From a virus (lineage: Duplodnaviria > Caudoviricetes): DNA of 64,000 bases. Below are positions 21,776 to 31,540 of the stretch, one piece after another; within the stretch, counting starts at the first letter, position 1, and the number at the start of each line of letters is the position of its first letter. The notes beneath the pieces are model-generated. The model did no database searches. It saw nothing but the letters and a program-made list of their open reading frames with translations, and was not told the DNA's origin. The stretch is taken from positions 128,001-192,000 of IMG/VR virus record IMGVR_UViG_3300031555_004710; one strand, given 5' to 3'. The translations under genes were made by a program, and so were the position numbers.

Positions 21776-22981
21776 GTGGTGAGTAATATGAAATTAGAAC
21801 CTACAGAAAGTCAAGCTATATTATTGGATAAAGTAAAAGTGTGGTTTAATAATTGGGAAAAAGGACTTAAAATTGGAGACCATCCGCAATGGTTCTCATA
21901 CTCTGGGGCAGCTGGCGTTGGTAAAGGTGTTGCTGCTAGAATGATAGTTGACATGTTAGGTCTCGGAAGACACAGTTACATTGCTTGTGCATATGTTGGA
22001 AAAGCTGTACTTCAATTATCTAAAAATGGAATGAATGCAAAAACGATTCATTCATTAATATATGATGCAAAACCAATAATAGATGAAGATGATAATAATT
22101 CAAGAATTTTAAAATATGTATTCGTTTTAAAAGAACGATTAGATGAAGATTATCGTCTAATTTTTGTTGATGAAGCTGCAATGGTAAATGATAAAATGAG
22201 AGATGAACTACTCTCATTTGGTGTACCTATAATATTTATGGGTGATATGAATCAATTACCGCCAGTATTTGGTGATTCTACAATACTTGCAAAACCTGAT
22301 CATATTCTTACTCAAATAATGAGACAGAAAGAAAATGACCCAATAGTTCAATTGTCACAAATGGTATTAAAAGGAATACCAATATTAGAAGGTGATTATG
22401 GTAAATCGAGAGTTGTTAGGGAACTTGAATTGGATAAAGGATTGATTACAGATTATGACCAGATTTTATGTAATACAAATCTTTATCGCTCAAAAATAAA
22501 TGAATATATTCGAGAAGTTATTAAAAAGTATCCAAAGTCCAGACCTGTTATAGGAGATAAGATAGTATGTTGTCAAAATAATTGGCATCTTACAGTAGAT
22601 GGATATCCTCTAACTAATGGGATGATAGGATATATTGCAGATATATCACGTCAATTTGTGCATCGCGGATATTATACAATAGATTTCGAACCAGATTTTC
22701 TTGATTCTGACCGACAATTTAGAAATCTTAAAATGGATGCACGATATATTAATGCATCTTATACTGACCAAAAGAATAGTGGTCGAATAATGAATGAAAA
22801 ATTTGAATATGGATATGCTATTACAGTATATAAATCTCAGGGTTCTGAGTTTGATAGAGTTTTATATTTTGATTCTAAATTTAGAACTCCAGAACTCACA
22901 AAGAAGAGTAGATATACTGCTATAACTAGAGCAAAAGAGAGCATTACAATTGTAATGAATCGCGAATCTTCATATATGTAA
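21776..22981 (+). CDS. RecD/Dda-like SF1B helicase
   Basis: GAAGVGK, FVDEAAM, GDMNQLPPV, QIMRQ, YAITVYKSQGSEFD, YTAITRA. Confidence 0.9.
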   Translation: MVSNMKLEPTESQAILLDKVKVWFNNWEKGLKIGDHPQWFSYSGAAGVGKGVAARMIVDMLGLGRHSYIACAYVGKAVLQLSKNGMNAKTIHSLIYDAKPIIDEDDNNSRILKYVFVLKERLDEDYRLIFVDEAAMVNDKMRDELLSFGVPIIFMGDMNQLPPVFGDSTILAKPDHILTQIMRQKENDPIVQLSQMVLKGIPILEGDYGKSRVVRELELDKGLITDYDQILCNTNLYRSKINEYIREVIKKYPKSRPVIGDKIVCCQNNWHLTVDGYPLTNGMIGYIADISRQFVHRGYYTIDFEPDFLDSDRQFRNLKMDARYINASYTDQKNSGRIMNEKFEYGYAITVYKSQGSEFDRVLYFDSKFRTPELTKKSRYTAITRAKESITIVMNRESSYM

Positions 22982-22995
22982 TTAAAATGAGGTGA

Positions 22996-23490
22996 TTGAT
23001 AATGAAAATATATACCGATGGTTCATTTAATCGAAAACTATCTAAAGACAGTACAGCTTACGCTGCTGTAATAGTTACTGATGAAAATGAATCTGAATAT
23101 ATTGTAGATATTGTCTATGGTGTTATAACTGACCCAAATTATACTGGTATGTGGAATGTTGGTGGAGAAATTTGGGCAGTATTAGCTGGATTAGATTATG
23201 CTATCAATAAGTATAATCCAAAAGACATTTCCATTTACTATGATTATATTGGTCTTGGTAAATGGGTTAATGGGGAATGGAAAACTAAAAATCCAACAAC
23301 TGAAAGTTATTCTAGGTACATTAAAAATAAAATGTGTGAGCATGAGTTATCGTTTAATAAGGTAATAGGACATTCAAATGTTCTTTTAAATGAGCTTGCT
23401 GATAAATATGCGAACTATGGCACTACGACTTATTTAGAGAGTGGAAAAGTTTCAACTCTTATAACTGGATTACGAGTTCCTCGTAAGTAA
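22996..23490 (+). CDS. rnhA: Ribonuclease HI
   Basis: IYTDGS, NVGGEI, IYYDY, KVIGHS, NELADKYA. Confidence 0.9.
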   Translation: MIMKIYTDGSFNRKLSKDSTAYAAVIVTDENESEYIVDIVYGVITDPNYTGMWNVGGEIWAVLAGLDYAINKYNPKDISIYYDYIGLGKWVNGEWKTKNPTTESYSRYIKNKMCEHELSFNKVIGHSNVLLNELADKYANYGTTTYLESGKVSTLITGLRVPRK

Positions 23491-23601
23491 TAAAATCTAT
23501 AATTGAGATAATTTGAATTGGAAAGTATAAATTCAAATTATCTCAATTTATTTTTCGATATATAAATGAATTTCCTTAGTATTTTTTAGGATAGTAGGAT
23601 T

Positions 23602-23613
23602 AACATTTTTTTA
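23602..23613 (+). promoter_or_regulatory. Putative nvRNAP promoter AACA-N6-TA
   Basis: aaca tttttt ta upstream of nrdD. Confidence 0.6.
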
Positions 23614-23653
23614 ATCTTAAGAAATAGAATAGAAAAAAGAGAGGAAGGTAATT

Positions 23654-25846
23654 ATGAAAATAATTAAACGTGATGGAACTGAAGCAATTTTTGATAAGAA
23701 TAAAATAGAAATTGCTATCAGTAAAGCAAATTTAAGTGTAAATAAATCCGACAGATTAAGTATTGATACTATAAAATATATTGCAGATGAGATAGAAACT
23801 AAGTGTGAATCTTTAGGTAGAGCACCATCTGTTGAAGAAGTTCAAGACATGGTAGAAAAAGAACTACTACGCTTTGATAAATATGAACTTAGTAAAAATT
23901 ATATTACTTATAGATATCAGCGAGCAATGACACGCTCATCTAATGCTACGGATGAAAGGATCTTATCATTAGTTAATCAATGTAATGAAGATATTAAACA
24001 AGAAAATTCAAATAAAAATCCTACAATTATTTCTACTCAAAGAGATTATATAGCTGGAGAAACTTCCAAAGATATTTCTGATAGATTATTACTCCCTGAA
24101 GATGTAGTGGAAGCTGATAGAGAAGGTATTTTCCATTTCCATGATAAAGACTATTTTATTTGTAGGGAATATAATTGTTGTCTAATAAATTTGGAAGACA
24201 TGCTACAAAATGGTACTGTTATAAGTGAAACAAAAATAGAAAAACCTCATAGTTTTGCTACGGCATGTAATATTGCAACTCAGATTATAGCACAGGTTGC
24301 TTCTAGCCAATATGGTGGTCAGAGCGTTTCTCTTACTCACTTAGCCCCATTCGTAGATATTAGTCGTCAAAAAATTAGAAAGATTGTAGAAGAAGAGCAA
24401 AGAATTGCACATAATACTGTATATGGTGGAGAATTAGTAGATTTTTCAGATAGTATGAAAGCTGCTATAGATAATATTGTAGAAAAACGAGTACGCGAGG
24501 AAGTTAAAAAAGGTGTACAAACTATACAATATCAAATATTGACACTTCTTACATCAAATGGTCAAACACCATTTGTTACCGAATTCATGTACTTAGGGGA
24601 AACTGATGATCCACAGGTAAAGGAAGATTTGGCGTTAATTATAGAAGAAACTCTTAATCAAAGAATGCAAGGAGTAATGAATGAAAAAGGTGTTTGGATA
24701 ACTCCTGCATTTCCTAAAATAATTTATGTATTAGAAGAAGATAATATACACCCAGATAGTAAATACTATTATTTGACAGAGTTAGCTGCTAGGTGTACTG
24801 CTAAACGAATGGTTCCTGATTATGTTTCTGAAAAGAAAATGAAAGAATATAAAGAAGGAAACTGTTTCCCTCCTATGGGTTGTAGAAGCATGTTATCTCC
24901 TTGGAAAGATGATAATGGTAATTATAAATTCTATGGCCGTTGTAATCAAGGCGTTGTTACGATTAATCTAGTTGATGTAGCATTATCATCCAATAAAGAT
25001 TTTGATAGTTTTTGGAAAATATTTGATGAGCGACTCGATTTATGTTATAAAGCATTAATGTGTCGTCATAATAGATTAAAAGGTACAGTTTCAGATGTTG
25101 CTCCAATTTTATGGAGACATGGTGCAATTGCAAGATTGGATAAAGGTGAGAAAATAGATAAACTTCTATATGGAGGATATTCTACAATCTCTCTAGGTTA
25201 TGCTGGATTATACGAATGCGTTAAATACATGACTGGAAAATCTCACACTGATTCGGATGCGACCCCTTTTGCCTTAGAAGTAATGCAGTATATGAATGAC
25301 AAATGTGATAAGTGGAAAAAAGAAACTAATATTGGATTTGCAATTTATGGAACTCCAATAGAATCCACAACTTATAAATTTGCAAAATGTTTACAAAGAA
25401 GATTCGGTATTATACCAGGAATAACAGATAAGAATTATATTACAAATAGTTATCATATCGACGTTAGAGAAAATATAGATGCTTTTAGTAAGCTAGAATT
25501 TGAATCTAAATTCCAACATCTTTCTACAGGAGGAGCAATTAGTTATGTGGAAGTACCTAATATGCAAAATAATATTCCTGCTGTATTGGAAGTAATGAAA
25601 TTTATATACGAAAATATAATGTATGCAGAATTAAATACTAAATCTGACTATTGTCATGAATGTGGATATGATGGAGAAATCCAAATAGTTGAAGAAGATG
25701 GAAAGCTTATCTGGGAATGCCCAAATTGTAATAATAGAGATCAAGAAAAAATGAATGTTGCTCGTCGTACTTGTGGTTATATTGGTTCTCAATTTTGGAA
25801 TCAGGGTAGAACTCAAGAAATTAAAGATAGAGTATTACATTTATAG
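23654..25846 (+). CDS. nrdD: Anaerobic ribonucleoside-triphosphate reductase
   Basis: N-terminal ATP cone (IIKRDG), NCCL, QYGGQ, MGCRS, CxxC...CxxC, glycyl radical loop RRTCGYI. Confidence 0.97.
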   Translation: MKIIKRDGTEAIFDKNKIEIAISKANLSVNKSDRLSIDTIKYIADEIETKCESLGRAPSVEEVQDMVEKELLRFDKYELSKNYITYRYQRAMTRSSNATDERILSLVNQCNEDIKQENSNKNPTIISTQRDYIAGETSKDISDRLLLPEDVVEADREGIFHFHDKDYFICREYNCCLINLEDMLQNGTVISETKIEKPHSFATACNIATQIIAQVASSQYGGQSVSLTHLAPFVDISRQKIRKIVEEEQRIAHNTVYGGELVDFSDSMKAAIDNIVEKRVREEVKKGVQTIQYQILTLLTSNGQTPFVTEFMYLGETDDPQVKEDLALIIEETLNQRMQGVMNEKGVWITPAFPKIIYVLEEDNIHPDSKYYYLTELAARCTAKRMVPDYVSEKKMKEYKEGNCFPPMGCRSMLSPWKDDNGNYKFYGRCNQGVVTINLVDVALSSNKDFDSFWKIFDERLDLCYKALMCRHNRLKGTVSDVAPILWRHGAIARLDKGEKIDKLLYGGYSTISLGYAGLYECVKYMTGKSHTDSDATPFALEVMQYMNDKCDKWKKETNIGFAIYGTPIESTTYKFAKCLQRRFGIIPGITDKNYITNSYHIDVRENIDAFSKLEFESKFQHLSTGGAISYVEVPNMQNNIPAVLEVMKFIYENIMYAELNTKSDYCHECGYDGEIQIVEEDGKLIWECPNCNNRDQEKMNVARRTCGYIGSQFWNQGRTQEIKDRVLHL

Positions 25847-25858
25847 GAGATTGATATT

Positions 25859-26416
25859 ATGTATTATGGAGCAATTAAAAAATATGATATTGCAAATGGT
25901 CCAGGTGTAAGAGTGTCTCTATTCGTATCTGGATGTGAGCATTATTGCAAAGGATGTTTTAATTCTGAAGCTTGGGATTTTTCATATGGAAATGAATTTA
26001 ATTATAAAACTCGTGATGAATTATTTACAGCTTTAAATGCTAAATATATCAGAGGTTTGACAATTCTTGGTGGAGAACCTATGCATCCACAAAATCAATT
26101 ACAGATTTTAGATATACTTAAAGATTTTAAATTTATATATGATGAATCAGATAAAGATTTATGGATATATACTGGTTATCTATACGAAGATTTGGTTTCT
26201 AATAAAATTGGTAAATATTCAGAAGAAATTCTTAAGTATACTGATGTACTTGTAGATGGTCCTTTTATACAGGACTTAAAAGATATTGGACTAAACTTTA
26301 GAGGTTCTAGGAATCAAAGAATTATAGATGTTCAGAAATCTATTTCAAGTGGAGAGGTTATTCTACATCCATTAGGTATTGGTGATTCTGATAAATACAT
26401 TAAAAAGGAGAAATGA
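25859..26416 (+). CDS. nrdG: Anaerobic RNR activating radical-SAM protein
   Basis: NGPGVRVSLFVSGCEHYCKGCFN, GGEP, VDG.F, FRGSRNQR. Confidence 0.97.
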   Translation: MYYGAIKKYDIANGPGVRVSLFVSGCEHYCKGCFNSEAWDFSYGNEFNYKTRDELFTALNAKYIRGLTILGGEPMHPQNQLQILDILKDFKFIYDESDKDLWIYTGYLYEDLVSNKIGKYSEEILKYTDVLVDGPFIQDLKDIGLNFRGSRNQRIIDVQKSISSGEVILHPLGIGDSDKYIKKEK

Positions 26417-26417
26417 T

Positions 26418-26870
26418 ATGAATTTATGTGAGTTATATAAAGATACCCAGATTACAGTACGAGCTACACATACAGGTCACATTTATCATGGTCCTATAAA
26501 GACTATCTATAGAGTATTTCACGATATTCCAATTCAAGTATTTTATAATGGAGAATGGAATTCTGCAAGAATTATAGGAATACCTAATGAGAGAAGGATT
26601 GTAAAAATCAATAATAGTCTAATGTGTTCATTTGATTTACCATTGGTAAAAGATGATTCAATAGTTATAGTAAAGGATTTGAGTGGTAGTACTGTTGATG
26701 GAAATATGATTTCTGAAAAGTATATTTCTCATTTCACTGATGGAAAAATAAAAATAGATTCAATAGAAATTACCGATATTCATAGTGAATGGCTATTTGG
26801 AGTTGAATTTATTGATTCTAAAAATAAGTTCTATACTTTAAGTAATGGATTCATTATTTCGGCAAAATAA
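26418..26870 (+). CDS. Stand-alone degenerate intein-like (Hint) protein
   Basis: C..KDTQITV (block A-like), CSFDLPLV (block B without His), VKDL, KIDSIE...LFGVE, FYTLSNGFII (blocks F/G, no terminal HN). Own AAGGAG RBS. Confidence 0.6.
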   Translation: MNLCELYKDTQITVRATHTGHIYHGPIKTIYRVFHDIPIQVFYNGEWNSARIIGIPNERRIVKINNSLMCSFDLPLVKDDSIVIVKDLSGSTVDGNMISEKYISHFTDGKIKIDSIEITDIHSEWLFGVEFIDSKNKFYTLSNGFIISAK

Positions 26871-26912
26871 ATTAAATAAGAGTATGAATAAAATTCATAC
26901 TCTTATTTAATT
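26870..26912. terminator. Bidirectional terminator
   Basis: aattaaataagagtatgaat aaa attcatactcttatttaatt. Confidence 0.8.
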
Positions 26913-26917
26913 TTTAA

Positions 26918-27136
26918 TTATTCTTCGATGGTTTCGTCGTTATCTTCAACAACTTCTTCCTCTTCTTCATCTTCGATAGTTTCTTCAACTTCAGCAGAAG
27001 AATCAATATCTTCTATAGGTGCACCATCTTTTGTGAATACATTTGTAGCAGGTGTGTAAGGATACATACCTCTAGTAGATGCTGCTGCTTTTTTAGCGTT
27101 TTCAATAGCTTCTAACATTCTAGGATGCTTTGCCAT
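26918..27136 (-). CDS. Small protein with highly acidic C-terminus
   Basis: 72 aa, E/D-rich tail; GAGGG RBS. Confidence 0.65.
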   Translation of the reverse strand: MAKHPRMLEAIENAKKAAASTRGMYPYTPATNVFTKDGAPIEDIDSSAEVEETIEDEEEEEVVEDNDETIEE

Positions 27137-27219
27137 ATTTCAACCCTCATTTCATACATTATATATTTTATTTTATAATCACTTATTAAATAATTAGTTC
27201 TAAAATGCATCTACCGATT

Positions 27220-27231
27220 AACATTTTTATA
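27220..27231 (+). promoter_or_regulatory. Putative late promoter AACA-N6-TA
   Basis: aaca ttttta ta. Confidence 0.6.
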
Positions 27232-27259
27232 ATAATTTATAGAAGGATGGTGATTTTAT

Positions 27260-28153
27260 ATGTCATTAGTTGAACTTTGTAGCAGCAACTATAATCATTT
27301 AAAATTAGACACTTTTGGAAAGAAATATTACCAACAATTTAACGGAAATAAGATTATCTGTGAGGAATGCGCGACAGTATATATCAATGATGTTGCTAAT
27401 AAGTTAACAGAAATTATCACTAGATATCTTGAGAGAATAAATATGAAAGATTTAGTATTAAGAGGTGATATTTATCGTGAGGAAGAATTAAATATCATTA
27501 CTAACGCAGCTATTCACGATTATATGCAATATATATTACCAATTAAATTCTCTATAAAAACTAAATTATTCTACGAAGAATATGTTTCAAATATAGAAGA
27601 TGAATATGAAGATAATTTATATAAGCTTGCAAGAGTTAATATAGAATCTATTAATTGTGTTGACCAATTTCCAGTATTTAATATGATATTGGATTTAAGA
27701 AGTATTGACACTACTGAGAGTATTAATGATGCTATTAAACAATACATATCCTCATACGTCGATTTATTATACTATGAACTAACAGATGAAGTAGTAAAAA
27801 TATTAATGACTCATTCTCCTAAAGAATATACTTCTACAGCATCATGTTCATGTTCTTCATCAGCACAGCAGTGTATTAGTTGTAATAGTTCCACAGTAAG
27901 TGAAAGCTATGTGTATAATAATAGGCATTTTTGTTTAAATTGTATGTACGATATAGTTGTAAATTTAGCAAAAGAAAATAACATTACTGATGAAGTTGGA
28001 TTAAGTATAGATAACCAATCATCAAATTCTACCAATTATGCAATAGTTAATACACCTGAGTGGAAAAGAACTGTTATTTCAAAATATCAAGCAAAAATGA
28101 GTTCGTTAGGAATTCCAATAAATATTACACATTATACAATGACTTTAAATTAA
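27260..28153 (+). CDS. Hypothetical protein with CxxC pairs (possible Zn finger)
   Basis: CEEC, CISC...FCLNC. Confidence 0.7.
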   Translation: MSLVELCSSNYNHLKLDTFGKKYYQQFNGNKIICEECATVYINDVANKLTEIITRYLERINMKDLVLRGDIYREEELNIITNAAIHDYMQYILPIKFSIKTKLFYEEYVSNIEDEYEDNLYKLARVNIESINCVDQFPVFNMILDLRSIDTTESINDAIKQYISSYVDLLYYELTDEVVKILMTHSPKEYTSTASCSCSSSAQQCISCNSSTVSESYVYNNRHFCLNCMYDIVVNLAKENNITDEVGLSIDNQSSNSTNYAIVNTPEWKRTVISKYQAKMSSLGIPINITHYTMTLN

Positions 28154-28162
28154 ATGAAAAGA

Positions 28163-28198
28163 TAAAAGATAGTAGACATTTCTGTCTACTATCTTTTA
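28163..28198. terminator. Intrinsic terminator
   Basis: taaaagatagtagaca tttc tgtctactatctttta. Confidence 0.75.
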
Positions 28199-28311
28199 CA
28201 CGATTTAATGATTTAAAAAATAACGGGGTGATACTCATTGATGAGCATTCGACTTATTTTTATGTTATATACGAAAATAAAAAATAACGTATATTCGAGA
28301 TATTTTAATAA

Positions 28312-28327
28312 TGTATTATTTATGTGA
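28312..28327 (+). promoter_or_regulatory. Putative early promoter TGTATTAT-ttatg-TG
   Basis: Recurring motif upstream of a micro-ORF cluster. Confidence 0.55.
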
Positions 28328-28357
28328 ATAATAATAAATAACGAGGTGATAAAATGT

Positions 28358-28504
28358 ATGCATTGGCCATTTAATTATCCAGGAGATGAATATAATACAA
28401 ACGTATTTAATCAAGTAATCATCTTATTAGAAGATGTAAAAGATAAGACAATTGAATTTATTGATGAAATTAAGGAGGGAATTAAAAATGATAAGACTAA
28501 TTGA
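28358..28504 (+). CDS. Small hypothetical protein (48 aa, below ORF-track cutoff)
   Basis: GAGGTG RBS; MHWPFNYPGDEYN...KNDKTN*. Confidence 0.45.
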   Translation: MHWPFNYPGDEYNTNVFNQVIILLEDVKDKTIEFIDEIKEGIKNDKTN

Positions 28505-28565
28505 CTTAGCTGTAAAAATCTATATTGCATATCTTTTGTATAAACTAGTTAAAAAATATTTATAA
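28488..28565 (+). CDS. Micro-protein, single hydrophobic helix (25 aa)
   Basis: AAGGAGGG RBS; MIRLIDLAVKIYIAYLLYKLVKKYL*. Confidence 0.5.
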   Translation: MIRLIDLAVKIYIAYLLYKLVKKYL

Positions 28566-28582
28566 TTTGGGAGGAATTACAA

Positions 28583-28780
28583 ATGAAAAAAAGTATTAAA
28601 GTAGTTGGAAATTTATGTTGGATATTAATGTTTATTATCACCGTTATAATTATATCTTGGGCTATTATAAGTTATTTTAACATTATATTTAGTAACAGAT
28701 CAATCGCTGGAGCTTTTGATAGACTTTGGGATTGGAATCTCTTTAAAGTTCTTGTAAATTTAGGAACACAATTAAATTAA
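28583..28780 (+). CDS. Small membrane protein
   Basis: GGAGG RBS; one TM helix. Confidence 0.65.
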   Translation: MKKSIKVVGNLCWILMFIITVIIISWAIISYFNIIFSNRSIAGAFDRLWDWNLFKVLVNLGTQLN

Positions 28781-28806
28781 AAGAAAGATGATATCATCTT
28801 TCTTTT
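28779..28806. terminator. Perfect-palindrome terminator
   Basis: aaaagaaagatgat|atcatctttctttt followed by a T tract. Confidence 0.75.
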
Positions 28807-28861
28807 TTTTTGTGTATTTTTTAGTTTTCGTTTTGATAATATTATAAAAATATATAAAAAG

Positions 28862-29359
28862 GTGGTAAAAAATATGGATTTCCCAATAATCAACAATGAA
28901 GAAAAAGATAGTGCATGTGTAATTCTTGTAAAGTACTCAGACCCAGAATTTCCAACACTACAGATTAATAAGAACGGTGATTGGATAGATATTAAATGTG
29001 TAAAAGATTATCATATTAAGAAAGGAACTTCTGAACTTATTGATTTAGGTGTTGCAATGAAGCTTCCTGAAGGATATGAAGCATGGTTAGTTCCTAGAAG
29101 TGGGACATTTAAAAAATATGGTTTAATACAAACTAATGGTATCGGAATTATTGATAACTCTTATAGTGGCAATGACGATATTTGGAGAATGCCAGTACAT
29201 GCACTAGATAGAGATGCCGATATTGCAAAAGGTGAAAGATTGTGTCAGTTTAGATTAGTACCGACAATGAAAACTGTAAATAGATTAGGTGTTTCTTTTA
29301 CAGAAGTTTCTAATTTAGATGAGACTAATCGTGGTGGATTTGGGTCTACCGGTAGATAA
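28862..29359 (+). CDS. dut: Trimeric dUTPase
   Basis: All five motifs: GDWID, VPRSG, GIIDNSYSG, GERLCQ, RGGFGSTG. Confidence 0.93.
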   Translation: MVKNMDFPIINNEEKDSACVILVKYSDPEFPTLQINKNGDWIDIKCVKDYHIKKGTSELIDLGVAMKLPEGYEAWLVPRSGTFKKYGLIQTNGIGIIDNSYSGNDDIWRMPVHALDRDADIAKGERLCQFRLVPTMKTVNRLGVSFTEVSNLDETNRGGFGSTGR

Positions 29360-29416
29360 TTAATATTATGATATTTGGAGTTTTGATTTTCAATCTCCAA
29401 ATATCATTTTTAATCA

Positions 29417-29432
29417 TATATTATTATTTTGA
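29417..29432 (+). promoter_or_regulatory. Putative early promoter TATATTAT-tattt-TG
   Basis: Recurring motif upstream of ligase. Confidence 0.6.
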
Positions 29433-29460
29433 TAATAAGATAGGAAGAAGGTAATTAATT

Positions 29461-31476
29461 ATGACTGATATTAAATTTAAATCACTATGGGAAAAGGTTT
29501 TGAGTGAAGAATTGTTTGTAGACGATATTGCTCATTACAAAGAGGATTTTAATAATTATGCTATTAAAATTATTTCTGGGAAAGTTTCTCCATCAGACCC
29601 AGAATTAGAAGCATTTATTAGACTATGTAATGATGTCTACACTTATTCACTTGATGGAGAAGTTCTAATACCAGATTCAATATATGACCAATGTATGCAA
29701 GTATATAAATCAAATGGAAATGATACAATTGTATTTGCAGATGTAATTGGTAAGAAGAAATGGAATTTTGTTAAGCATGATATAACTGGAGTAGTTGGTA
29801 CTATACAGAAAATTTATAATTATAAAGAATTGAAAAACTATCTTTCTAAATATATAGGTGTTAATAAGTTTATATTAGCACCAAAATATGATGGTGTATC
29901 ATGTGGAATTAAAGTTGAAAATGGAAAAATCATATCTGCTGCAACTAGGTATGACGGAATAATGGGACAGGATATTACAGAGCTTGTCAAAAGAGCAAAG
30001 AATAGTAAAAACTTCATATTTCCAGAGCATCAAGATGGGTATTATAAATGTGAATTATGTGTTGGTACAGATGAGTTTAATGAGCTGATTAAATTAAAGA
30101 GATACACAAATCGACGTTCAGCTACATCAGGTATCATTAATACTCCTACTAATATAAATTATGCAGAATTTGTTACAATAATACCACTGATAGTATATGA
30201 CAATAAAAGAAAAGAGATGCATCACGTTGCTCCATATCAGAAAACGGTATCTTACTATTCCCCATCAGATTTAATGGATGATATTGAAGAAATGCTAGAG
30301 AATATTCGTTCTAAAGACTTTCAATTTAGAGTAGATGGAGTTGTTATAAATCCAGATAGAACTAAATTACCAGACCCAAATGAATACGATTTAATGGATA
30401 ACAGCGTTGCATTCAAAATTAATACTGCTGAAGGAAAAACAAAAATATTATATGGATATATGAGCGTTGGTAGACTAGGTAAAGCTGTACCAATGCTAAA
30501 AGTTTCTCCAGTTGAAGTAAATGAAACTATTGTGGAAGATGTTAGTCTTGGCTCATATGATAAATTCTTATCAATGGATTTAAAAGAGGATGAAGAAGTA
30601 ATAGTATTCTCTGCAGGCGATGTAATTCCACAAATTAAATTACCAGCTATTAGAGCAAATATATATAATTCTCCAGATTTAAAGATTCATAGAGTTTGTC
30701 CATATTGTAACGAGAAATTGACAAGAATTAATACCGAATACTATTGTATGAATGATGATTGTATTCGAATTATAAGTGGTAGAATTTCTAATTTCTTAAT
30801 TAAGATGGGAATCGAAGGATTCTCAGATAAATCCGTAGAAATGATTTATGAAGGTTTACACATTAAATCTATTTATGATTTCTTAAATCTAACAGCAGAC
30901 AGAATTATGAAAGTAGATGGATTTGATATAAGCTCATCTACAACTTTAGAAAATGAACTTAAGAGAATCAAAAATACTCCAGTTTCAGTTTCAAAATTCT
31001 TTGGAGCTTTAGGTATCGATAAGATATCAGAAAAGAAATGTAGAAAGATTTTTGAATATGTAAATATCGAGGATTTATTATCTGGAAAGGATAAGAAGTT
31101 AGATAAAATATTCTGGCAACTTCAGTGTTCTGATGGAATTGGAGCAAAAACTGCTAGAGCATTCATTGATTATATCAAAGATCATCTAGATGAAATTAAT
31201 GATTTGCTATCAGTGATAAAAATAACTGGAAATATTAAATATAAAGCAAATGTTGTATTTACAGGATTTAGACCTAGTAGCGATATTGAATCTAGATTTA
31301 ATAATGTAGGTATTGAAGTTGCAAATAGTGTTTCTAGTAGTACAGTTGCGGTAATTACTGCATCAACTGAAAGTAATAGCGGAAAATCAAAAGCTGCAAT
31401 ATCTAAAGGAATTCCAATTATACATGCATCTAGATTAGAAGAATTCTTAGAAGATATTGAGTCAAAGGAAATTTAA
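29461..31476 (+). CDS. ligA: NAD-dependent DNA ligase
   Basis: PKYDG, TRYDG..G.DIT, VDGVV, AFK, AGDVIP, CPYC...C...C, HhH, C-terminal BRCT (VVFTG). Confidence 0.93.
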   Translation: MTDIKFKSLWEKVLSEELFVDDIAHYKEDFNNYAIKIISGKVSPSDPELEAFIRLCNDVYTYSLDGEVLIPDSIYDQCMQVYKSNGNDTIVFADVIGKKKWNFVKHDITGVVGTIQKIYNYKELKNYLSKYIGVNKFILAPKYDGVSCGIKVENGKIISAATRYDGIMGQDITELVKRAKNSKNFIFPEHQDGYYKCELCVGTDEFNELIKLKRYTNRRSATSGIINTPTNINYAEFVTIIPLIVYDNKRKEMHHVAPYQKTVSYYSPSDLMDDIEEMLENIRSKDFQFRVDGVVINPDRTKLPDPNEYDLMDNSVAFKINTAEGKTKILYGYMSVGRLGKAVPMLKVSPVEVNETIVEDVSLGSYDKFLSMDLKEDEEVIVFSAGDVIPQIKLPAIRANIYNSPDLKIHRVCPYCNEKLTRINTEYYCMNDDCIRIISGRISNFLIKMGIEGFSDKSVEMIYEGLHIKSIYDFLNLTADRIMKVDGFDISSSTTLENELKRIKNTPVSVSKFFGALGIDKISEKKCRKIFEYVNIEDLLSGKDKKLDKIFWQLQCSDGIGAKTARAFIDYIKDHLDEINDLLSVIKITGNIKYKANVVFTGFRPSSDIESRFNNVGIEVANSVSSSTVAVITASTESNSGKSKAAISKGIPIIHASRLEEFLEDIESKEI

Positions 31477-31480
31477 TACG

Positions 31481-31496
31481 TATATTGTTATTTTGA
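31481..31496 (+). promoter_or_regulatory. Putative early promoter TATATTGT-tattt-TG
   Basis: Recurring motif upstream of 31541 gene. Confidence 0.55.
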
Positions 31497-31540
31497 TAAA
31501 AATAATATTATAACTTTTTAAAAAGGAAAGGTGATACTTA

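Noticed and set aside
19144-25846. Inteins inside DnaB, the RecD-like helicase or NrdD
   Set aside because: Motif spacing and lengths are normal, with no inserted C...HN blocks.
28060-28287. 75-aa ORF after the Cys-rich gene
   Set aside because: It overlaps the previous gene's end, runs through a terminator hairpin and lacks an RBS.
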